DNA of 55,499 bases from Capsulimonadales bacterium (lineage in GTDB: Bacteria > Armatimonadota > Armatimonadia > Armatimonadales > Armatimonadaceae). The first letter of the stretch is position 1. Each line of letters starts with the position of its first letter. Shown here one piece after another: positions 48,595 to 55,499 of this stretch. The stretch covers positions 1-55,499 of the forward strand of contig JANRLW010000025.1 in assembly GCA_033762295.1 (NCBI GenBank), in the 5' to 3' direction. The notes under the pieces are model-generated. The model was not told where the DNA came from, made no database searches, and saw only the letters and a list, made by a program, of their open reading frames with translations. The position numbers and the translations under genes were made by a program.

Positions 48595-49344
48595 CTACTT
48601 CAGAGAGGCGGATTGGCCGGGCAGAAGGATTTGCAGCCGAACATCCTTCGCCGCGATCCGTTTTTCCGGGTCCTGAGCGGTCGAACCGGCGGAGCGAACC
48701 AGCATCGCCTGACCGGAGTGGACCGTGAGGTGATTTCGCGAGACGGTGACCCAGGCGCGTTCATCGATCCCGATGCCGGTGAAACCGGGCTGACTGAGCA
48801 CCATATTGATCAATCGTTGAACGCGTTCGCGGGCGAAGAAATGGCTGTCCACGATCGTTTTGTTCAGCAAGCCGATGCCCGGGGCGGTTTCGACCGACCG
48901 GACGGTCATTCGGGTTCGGTCCCCTTCGCCGGTCGGCATGACCTGCCCCATCAGGGAAGCGCCGGCGGAGGTGCCGCCCACGGCTCCGCCACGCTCCCGA
49001 ACCGCCCGAATGGCATCGAGGATCGGCGTATTGCGAAAGGCCAGCATCCACCGGGTCTGATCGCCGCCCGGAATCCAGACTCCGGCCGCCCGCGCCAGCA
49101 GCGCTGTCAGCAGTTCGGTCGAGGCGGCGTCCGGGCGAAACCCGCCGGGCGCGTTGACGACCTTCGCGCCGTTCTCCCGCAGCCATGCGGCTGAAACGTT
49201 CCCCTTTTGCACCGGGTCCTCGGAGGTCTGCGCGAGCACCACGATCGGTTTTTCGGGTCCGCCCGCCGTTTGAACGAACGCACGGATGATTTCCGGCTGT
49301 GTCGCTCCGCCGCCGTGCAGGAAGACCGTGCCTGCGTCCGTCAT
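48595..49344 (-). CDS. cphB: Cyanophycinase-like peptidase S51
   Basis: LHGGG, GGDQ, GTSAGA (Ser), VDSHF (His) and GIDE (Glu); ATG 49344 overlaps the upstream stop. Confidence 0.8.
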   Translation of the reverse strand: MTDAGTVFLHGGGATQPEIIRAFVQTAGGPEKPIVVLAQTSEDPVQKGNVSAAWLRENGAKVVNAPGGFRPDAASTELLTALLARAAGVWIPGGDQTRWMLAFRNTPILDAIRAVRERGGAVGGTSAGASLMGQVMPTGEGDRTRMTVRSVETAPGIGLLNKTIVDSHFFARERVQRLINMVLSQPGFTGIGIDERAWVTVSRNHLTVHSGQAMLVRSAGSTAQDPEKRIAAKDVRLQILLPGQSASLK

Positions 49345-49748
49345 CGGTCTTCCTTTCCTTTCGACGGCGCGGTGGCCGCCCGCTCGGTGAGGATATCGGT
49401 CAGCCGGTCCGAGAGGCCGATATACTCCCCCATTTTGAACTTTACGTTCGGAAAACGACGTTGCCCCTCCTCGAGGAGAGTCGGGAGATCGTCGCAGACA
49501 TGGGTGCCGGTGTGGAGAAAATAGGGTACCGCGATGACGTCGGTCGCGCCGTGTGCAATACACCGATCGATCGCGGTCGGGATATCCGGCTCGTTGCACT
49601 CCATGAAGCCGACTTCGACGATCGGGAATCGTTCGCGGTACTCGGGGCGGTTCCGAAACGCCTCGACGACCCGGAACATATCCTCATTCGCTACCGGACG
49701 CGGCGAGCCGTGCACCATGACCAGCAGGGCGGAGCGGGGATCAGACAT
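49341..49748 (-). CDS. CbiX/SirB single-domain chelatase-like protein
   Basis: HGS, GFME..EP and PYFLHTGTH motifs (both His ligands present). Confidence 0.88.
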   Translation of the reverse strand: MSDPRSALLVMVHGSPRPVANEDMFRVVEAFRNRPEYRERFPIVEVGFMECNEPDIPTAIDRCIAHGATDVIAVPYFLHTGTHVCDDLPTLLEEGQRRFPNVKFKMGEYIGLSDRLTDILTERAATAPSKGKEDR

Positions 49749-50238
49749 GAAGATTTTCCTCTCGTGCGGGTAGGGACGGAACCTTCGGGCAACCGGGTGT
49801 ACCGTACAGCGGACAATCGGGCGACGGGCGACAGGCCCGGGCGGCCCGTTTCAGCGGGTCGCGCCACCGCTCCTCGGTCCGGGCATGGATGGCGGAATCG
49901 AAAAGTGCCTCCGCCAGCGTCTCATGAAACCCGATGGCGGGAGCGACCGAAAACTCGACCGTCGGAAAGGCGGCGCGCACCGGTTCGAGCGTTTCGGGCA
50001 GACTGGTGCGGACGAAGTATCCGGAGATCAGAAAGTACGGCAGAACGGTGATGCGGTCGACTCCCTCCGCGACCAATGCGGCGACGGTCTCCGCGAAAAG
50101 CGGTTCGGAATAGTTCAGGTAGCCGACGGCGACCCGATCGTACTTCCCCTGTTGCCGGAGTCGCTCGGCGTGTATGTCAACGGCTTCCCCCGCGCCGCAA
50201 AGGAGCGACCCGTGGGAAAAAAGGACCAGGGCATGCAT
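49741..50238 (-). CDS. CbiX/SirB-like protein with Cys-rich C-terminus
   Basis: HGSLLC, GYLNYSEP, PYFLISGYF (second His absent) and CRPSPDCPLYGTPGCP. Confidence 0.85.
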   Translation of the reverse strand: MHALVLFSHGSLLCGAGEAVDIHAERLRQQGKYDRVAVGYLNYSEPLFAETVAALVAEGVDRITVLPYFLISGYFVRTSLPETLEPVRAAFPTVEFSVAPAIGFHETLAEALFDSAIHARTEERWRDPLKRAARACRPSPDCPLYGTPGCPKVPSLPAREENLHV

Positions 50239-50253
50239 GCCTTTATTGTACCG
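50239..50253 (-). promoter_or_regulatory. -10 element for a probable leaderless transcript
   Basis: CGGTACAAT-6 nt-ATG with no SD. Confidence 0.55.
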
Positions 50254-50263
50254 CTCCCGCGCT

Positions 50264-51052
50264 TTAAAAGAGGTTCATCTGTTGCTGTCCGATCGGGACT
50301 CGGTTCGCGTACCCGAGATGCGTCCTCAGAGCGAACAGGGTGGCCGGCGCATGACCTTCAAAGAAGTTTCGAACGAAAACCTGAGTGTCGGCATCGGCCG
50401 TCTTCAGGCGTTCGGCCCAGGCGGCGACTTCGTCCGTCCGGTCGAGTTGTTTTTCGTCGAACCGTGCGACACTGTTTTCGATACCGAGGAGACGGAGGTA
50501 GCGGAGCGGTCCGCCAAGATTGAGTCGTTCGGTGGTGGCGACGCGTACACCGTGTTCTTCGAGAGCGGCGACGACATCGGTCTCCTGCCAGGAGGCATGA
50601 CGGAACTCGACCACCCAGGGGACGGTATCGCCTCCGTTCCGGGCGGCAGTGACGGTGGCGATGAAACGATCGAGTCGTTCGCGGGAATCCGCCGAGAACT
50701 CCGGCGGGAGTTGAAGGAGGAGAGCGGCGAGGCGTTCGCCCAATCCCTGTCGCATCAACCGGGCGAAATCGAGTGTGGCTTCGGCGGCATCGACCAGTTG
50801 TCGTTCGTGGGTGATTGCGCGCGGTACCTTTGCGGAGAAACGGAACGATTCGGGCACCTGAGCGGCCCACCCGGTCAGGGTCGATTTCCGGGGCGCGCCG
50901 TAAAACGTCGCATCGATCTCGACGGCGTCAAAGACGGCGGCATACTGTTCCAGGAGTCGGTCGTTCCGGGCGTCCCGGGCGTAGAACGGCCCCTTCCAGT
51001 CGTCGTAGGCCCAGCCCATGGTCCCGAACCGAACGGACGGCGGAGTCGGCAT
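50264..51052 (-). CDS. DUF72 (YecE-like) protein
   Basis: GTMGW.Y..W.G.FY, VEIDATFY, KVPRAITH, LQLPP and VEFRH.SW motifs. Confidence 0.93.
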   Translation of the reverse strand: MPTPPSVRFGTMGWAYDDWKGPFYARDARNDRLLEQYAAVFDAVEIDATFYGAPRKSTLTGWAAQVPESFRFSAKVPRAITHERQLVDAAEATLDFARLMRQGLGERLAALLLQLPPEFSADSRERLDRFIATVTAARNGGDTVPWVVEFRHASWQETDVVAALEEHGVRVATTERLNLGGPLRYLRLLGIENSVARFDEKQLDRTDEVAAWAERLKTADADTQVFVRNFFEGHAPATLFALRTHLGYANRVPIGQQQMNLF

Positions 51053-51072
51053 CGGCGTCCCCCGTTCGTCTT

Positions 51073-51990
51073 TCAGGCACCCTCGCCGGGATTGTCGACG
51101 TTCCCGATCAGGTAGTTGGCGACGATCGGGGAGCTTTCGAGAGCGGCAATCGTCGCCGATTCGACCGGGGCGGGTCCGAGATTGAATAGCTTCTCCGCGT
51201 TTCCGTAGAGAATGCGGTTACGATCCTCCCCGGAGACATCGACATCGTCGAGCATCCCGAGGATGGCGGCGGGATCGGTGAGCGGCGCGCCGGAACCAAA
51301 CAGGATTTTTCTGGTCCCATGCAACGCCTGGATGGCGTATTCGACCTTCTCCGGGGTCAACGCGCCGGAGATATCGATAAACACGTTGGCCGACCGCGCG
51401 GCAAGGGCCAGGGATTCTCGCCATTCGTCTCCGCCCATCCCGGAGGCGATCAGTTTGACGCCCGCCAGATCATCGGCGATTCGCACGACCTGTTCCATCG
51501 CGGTCAGGTCGGGGGTTTCGACGAGAAGCGGCTTACCGAATCGGCGGAACGCCGTAATCAGTTCACGGGCATCGGTCGCGGTGACCGGCGCGCCGGTCCG
51601 TGGGTCGGCATACAGCGCCGCGCCGATAAATCGTGGTGAGTGGAGCAGGCGGCGCATCTGGTCGATCGCCTCTTTCAGGCGAGCCGGATGAATGACCATC
51701 CAGCCGCGTACATCGACATCGTCCTCGTCGACCGGGGGAGCAACCGCGCCCGGAAGCGCTTCGTTTCCGGCCACCAGATCGTACCGGCGAGCCAGAAGCG
51801 CGGACAGGAACACGGTCCCGATTCCGCGGGCCGCCATCGCCTTCTTGATCGCGTTGATATCACGCCATTCCGGGGCGGCGGAGGTCGCTCCCCAGCCGCA
51901 ATGGACGTCGATGATCCGGTGTTTGCGGCTCGGCTCGGAACCGGCGGGCGCTATGGTCAACGGCGGCAGCTGGGGGGACATGGTGATCAC
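51073..51990 (-). CDS. Amidohydrolase_2-like TIM-barrel protein (degenerate)
   Basis: IIDVH, NVFIDISG, KILFGS and ILYGNA.KLF motifs. Confidence 0.78.
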   Translation of the reverse strand: MITMSPQLPPLTIAPAGSEPSRKHRIIDVHCGWGATSAAPEWRDINAIKKAMAARGIGTVFLSALLARRYDLVAGNEALPGAVAPPVDEDDVDVRGWMVIHPARLKEAIDQMRRLLHSPRFIGAALYADPRTGAPVTATDARELITAFRRFGKPLLVETPDLTAMEQVVRIADDLAGVKLIASGMGGDEWRESLALAARSANVFIDISGALTPEKVEYAIQALHGTRKILFGSGAPLTDPAAILGMLDDVDVSGEDRNRILYGNAEKLFNLGPAPVESATIAALESSPIVANYLIGNVDNPGEGA

Positions 51991-52724
51991 GAGGCACCTC
52001 CGAGCAACCGTCGAGCGTTACCACCGAAAACGAGCGCACGATCCGCCGGAGTCAACCCGGAGTACCGCACCAGGGAGAGCGCGGCGCCGAGGGAGCGGGC
52101 GGGCGCGGAGGAGCCGAAAACGATGCGGTCGGCCCCGATCGCGGCGGCGGCGGTCGCGATCTCGCCCATCCCGCGCAGTCCGTTGGTCGCGATATGGTAC
52201 CGGGGATTGCGTCGCGCCAGAGAGACCGCCTCGGTCAGGGCTTCGCCGCCGATCGAACCGAAGATCACCACGGACGTCAGGCCGACTTTCTCGAAAAGCG
52301 TATCGAACGCGGTGGCGTCCCCGGGCCGACTGCACTGACACCAGAGGGGCAGCCGTGCAGTCGCGGTTCCCGACCGCATGACCTCGGTGAGCATCTCGCA
52401 CAGCGGATAAAAAGCGATCGGCCAGCGTTGCGCGGTGGGCATCAGACAGAGCAGACGGGCGCCTTCCAGCGTCCGGACCACATCGGGCTGGCGCGGGTCC
52501 AGCAGAGCGGCGGGCAGAAAAAGGTTCTGGTTCTGTCGGCAGACTTCGAGCGTTTCCCGGTTTCCGGCGGCGGCGCTGTGATACAGCCCACGGGTGGACA
52601 GAGTGACCGCCCCGGCGACGCCGTCCCGCTTCAGGAGTTCGATAAGCCGCGGCATCCCGGTCTCCACGCCACGCGGGGGTACCGGGCCGAACAGCGTGTG
52701 CATATCAAAAACTATTTCAGCCAC
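51987..52724 (-). CDS. Amidohydrolase_2-like TIM-barrel protein (degenerate)
   Basis: VFDMH, GADRIVFGS and VFGGNARRLL motifs. Confidence 0.75.
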   Translation of the reverse strand: MAEIVFDMHTLFGPVPPRGVETGMPRLIELLKRDGVAGAVTLSTRGLYHSAAAGNRETLEVCRQNQNLFLPAALLDPRQPDVVRTLEGARLLCLMPTAQRWPIAFYPLCEMLTEVMRSGTATARLPLWCQCSRPGDATAFDTLFEKVGLTSVVIFGSIGGEALTEAVSLARRNPRYHIATNGLRGMGEIATAAAAIGADRIVFGSSAPARSLGAALSLVRYSGLTPADRALVFGGNARRLLGGAS

Positions 52725-54393
52725 GCCCTGTCTCCGCCGTTTCGTCTCCGGCCGCCGTCAGCCCGATTGCATACGTGAGGCGTCGAATCGTTTTGTCTTT
52801 TCCGAGTACGGTCATAAGTTCAAAGAGACCGGGACCTTTCTCTCTTCCCGTGGTTGCGACGCGGACCGGATGCGTGATGTTCCCCGCGGAGCGGTCCAAC
52901 CGCGCCCCGACCGTTCTGACCGCTTCCTCGATGGCGGGGGTCGTCCAACCGGATAATCCGGACAGCGCCTCAGCCGTCGCTTTGAGGAATGCGGCGACGG
53001 ACGCCCCATCCTTACGGAGCCATTTGCGCACCGCCGTCTCCCCCTCTTCGGAACCGAAATCGGGTAGCTCTCCGAAGAAGAACGCCGTGGCCTCCGGGGC
53101 CTCGGAAAGACGTCGAATCCGCTCCTGCTCGAGCGCAATGACTTCCGCCATATACGCTCGCTCCTCCGGAGCAGGATTCGACGACAACAGTCCGGCTTCC
53201 TGCATGAACGGCAAAACTCGCTTCGCCAGTTCGTCCGGGGTCAGGGAACGGATATAGACCCCGTTCATCCATTCCAGTTTTTCGATATCGAACACACCGG
53301 GCGAGAGGGAGACACGGTCGAGCGTGAACTCGGCGATCAGTTCGTCGGGCCGCAACAGTTCCCGGTTATCGGGCGCGGACCAGCCGATCAGGGCGAGGAA
53401 ATTGACCATCGCCTCCGGCAGGAACCCTTCCTGATTCACCATACCGGCCAGCAGTTCCCCGGTGAGTTTGCCCTCCTTCAATTCGGGAACGGGCCCGATG
53501 ATCGGCTTGGCCCCGTGTCGTTTGGAGAGTTTTTTCTTATCGTTGCCGAGAACGCTCGGGGTATGTACCCAGACGGGCTGTTGCCAGTCGAACGCCTGAT
53601 AGAGACAAACATGCTTGGGAAACGAGGAAAGCCATTCGTCGCCGCGCAGGACATGGGAAACCTGCATTTCGTAGTCGTCCACGATCGCGGCCAGATGATA
53701 CGGCGGGAAGCCGTCCGCCTTTCGAATAATGAAATCGTCCTCGGTCTCCGCCTCGAAGACGACCTTCCCGCGCAGGTAATCCACACAGACGATCGGTCCT
53801 TCGACGGGCATTTTGAAGCGGATGACGGCCGGTTCCCCGGCGGCGACGCGGTCCCGCGCCTGTCCGAGCGGGTAATCCCGATACCGGCGGTTATACCGAT
53901 ACGGCACCTTCCGGGCGTCGGCCGCCGCCCGCTGGGCCGCCAGTTCCTCCGGGGTTTCGAACGCGAAGTAGGCTTTGCCCTCCTCGAGAAGACGTTCGAG
54001 GGCGGCATCGTAGCGCGGCAGACGCAGCGACTGGAAGTAAGGCCCGAAATCGCCGCCGTGCTCGGGCAGGATACCCGGCGTCACGCCGCCGTACTTTTCG
54101 GCATCGAGTCGGCCGACCTGCTCCGCGTCCGGCCCTTCGTCATAGAAAAGTCCGAGCGCCTGAAGGGATCGTATAATGCTGTCGAGCGCTCCGGGGACCA
54201 GACGATTCTGATCGGTATCCTCAATACGGAGAATAAAATCGCCCTGAAACCGCTTCGCCAGAAGATACGAGAAAAGGGCCGTACGGAAGGCTCCGACGTG
54301 AAGGAATCCGGTCGGAGAGGGGGCAAACCGTGTGCGAACACGACGGGAGGACGCCTGTTCGGTCGGCATGGGATCAACGGGTACCGCAGACAT
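52717..54393 (-). CDS. gltX: Glutamate--tRNA ligase
   Basis: RFAPSPTGFLHVG (HIGH), LRIEDTD, HVLRGDEW and KLSKR (KMSKS) motifs. Confidence 0.97.
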   Translation of the reverse strand: MSAVPVDPMPTEQASSRRVRTRFAPSPTGFLHVGAFRTALFSYLLAKRFQGDFILRIEDTDQNRLVPGALDSIIRSLQALGLFYDEGPDAEQVGRLDAEKYGGVTPGILPEHGGDFGPYFQSLRLPRYDAALERLLEEGKAYFAFETPEELAAQRAAADARKVPYRYNRRYRDYPLGQARDRVAAGEPAVIRFKMPVEGPIVCVDYLRGKVVFEAETEDDFIIRKADGFPPYHLAAIVDDYEMQVSHVLRGDEWLSSFPKHVCLYQAFDWQQPVWVHTPSVLGNDKKKLSKRHGAKPIIGPVPELKEGKLTGELLAGMVNQEGFLPEAMVNFLALIGWSAPDNRELLRPDELIAEFTLDRVSLSPGVFDIEKLEWMNGVYIRSLTPDELAKRVLPFMQEAGLLSSNPAPEERAYMAEVIALEQERIRRLSEAPEATAFFFGELPDFGSEEGETAVRKWLRKDGASVAAFLKATAEALSGLSGWTTPAIEEAVRTVGARLDRSAGNITHPVRVATTGREKGPGLFELMTVLGKDKTIRRLTYAIGLTAAGDETAETGRG

Positions 54394-54463
54394 AGCGAAA
54401 TATAGGATATAAGGTTTCGGCCCGCTTTGTCAAGACATCGGAACGGTTTCCCGAAAGGCACGG

Positions 54464-54492
54464 TTGCGCTCCGTCGCGGATCGTGGTATATT
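54464..54492 (+). promoter_or_regulatory. tRNA promoter (divergent from a TTGACA-containing gltX promoter)
   Basis: TTGCGC-17-TATATT with extended TG. Confidence 0.65.
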
Positions 54493-54518
54493 TTCCCTGC
54501 TTCTTTTTGTGAGTATCC

Positions 54519-54591
<73 letters not shown>

Positions 54592-54602
54592 TTTAGAAAT
54601 CG

Positions 54603-54647
54603 AAAAGCGTGGCGACTATCAATAACTGATAGCCGCCACGCTTTTTT
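54603..54647 (+). terminator. Long hairpin/terminator after the tRNA
   Basis: AAAAGCGTGGCG-a-CTATCA...TGATAG-c-CGCCACGCTTTT. Confidence 0.8.
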
Positions 54648-54728
54648 AATTGTCTGGCAAGTTAGTATACCCAAAGTAAATTGTGATATACTTGTAATAT
54701 AACAACGATCGGAAGGGGTCAGTAGGTA

Positions 54729-55499
54729 ATGGATTACGGTTGGGTCGATGCAGTAAACGAGTTCCGCAAACATAATGAAGCGACAAAGGCTCCGAAGACG
54801 GTCCGCTTTTATGACTGTCAGTTACGACAGGTTATCGATTGGGCCGAGAACCAGAGAATTCCATTCTCGGAATTCAGCAAACGGGATATGGACAAATATA
54901 TCGCCCATCGTCGCGCCAAAGTAGACAGGCGAGGAAACGGACTCAGTCGCACGACCCTCAGACATGACGGTATTGCCATTAAGGCATTCTTTAAGTTCTG
55001 TCGGAGACGTGGAATTGTGGAACGGGATCGTTTCGTCGATTACGAGGTACACAAAGCCCCCAAGCCTCCGCGATATATGCCATCGGACGAGGATATTTTT
55101 CGGCTCATCGTCGGAATTCGCGATTACTGGAACCCGGACAAAAACAAGGACATTAAGAACTTCGATCCAAAGTCCAGGGCTTTTCACCGGGATCGCAATA
55201 TTGCTATCCTCCTCGGTTTGCTCGATACTGCGGCCAGAATTGGTGAGATGGTCGCACTGAAGATTGATGACTATCGTTCCCGGGAGAAGCTGATCGTCAT
55301 TCGACAAGCCAAGGGCAAAGTGCCGCGAACGGTACCGATCAGCGATCATTGGATCGCCGCAATGGAGGACTGGCTTCGAATCCGTCAAAAGCTTTTTTCA
55401 GGTTTGACACCAGAGGAACGCAAGGCGCTCGACGAGGGTTGGCTGTTCGTAACCGAGACAGGAGGCAAAGTGGACCCTGCCTCATTTTCGAAAACGATT
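54729..55499 (+). CDS. Tyrosine recombinase/integrase (3'-truncated by window edge)
   Basis: Own translation: MDYGW...LSRTTLRHDGIAIKAFFKF...RDRNIAILLGLLDTAARIGEM...AKGKVPRTVPI...LFVTETG. Catalytic R and K boxes visible. Absent from the ORF track. Confidence 0.9.
   Translation, partial: MDYGWVDAVNEFRKHNEATKAPKTVRFYDCQLRQVIDWAENQRIPFSEFSKRDMDKYIAHRRAKVDRRGNGLSRTTLRHDGIAIKAFFKFCRRRGIVERDRFVDYEVHKAPKPPRYMPSDEDIFRLIVGIRDYWNPDKNKDIKNFDPKSRAFHRDRNIAILLGLLDTAARIGEMVALKIDDYRSREKLIVIRQAKGKVPRTVPISDHWIAAMEDWLRIRQKLFSGLTPEERKALDEGWLFVTETGGKVDPASFSKTI

Larger units (their letters stand above)
54592..55499 (+). mobile_element. Left end of a probable tRNA-Lys-integrated element
   Basis: Integrase immediately 3' of the tRNA; visibly lower GC and different codon usage. 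Confidence 0.65.

Noticed and set aside
54822..55388. 188-aa minus-strand ORF
   Set aside because: Antisense to the integrase frame

Overview
High-GC bacterial chromosomal window. Armatimonadota-like by inference from an APEP-type PEP-CTERM protein, the gene content and the promoter style. From left to right: the tail of a C-P lyase (phn) cluster (partial phnM, phn-associated hexapeptide transferase, inositol monophosphatase, degenerate Zn-PLC-like protein); a PEP-CTERM beta-helix protein; a ~16 kb surface-glycan locus (GT2, flippase-like protein, GT4, orphan HlyD-type adaptor, TPR protein, rhamnosidase-N/GT-C fusion, beta-propeller-PA14 protein, and two secreted proteins carrying three copies of an uncharacterised helical domain); four tandem GT9 heptosyltransferase-like genes; a PHP protein and fmt; a divergent OmpR/HK plus Spy-like module with symmetric operator boxes; ilvA; an HD-GYP regulator with a multi-PAS hybrid kinase; M43 and M10 metalloproteases; Lrp-aminotransferase; rpsT, holA, and DUF58-transglutaminase; a four-gene unit (two CbiX-like proteins, cyanophycinase, stand-alone ArgZ-like arginine dihydrolase); DUF72; two degenerate amidohydrolases coupled to gltX; tRNA-Lys(CTT); and a lower-GC tyrosine integrase starting a probable integrated element. 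All assignments come from motifs read by eye. No database searches were run.
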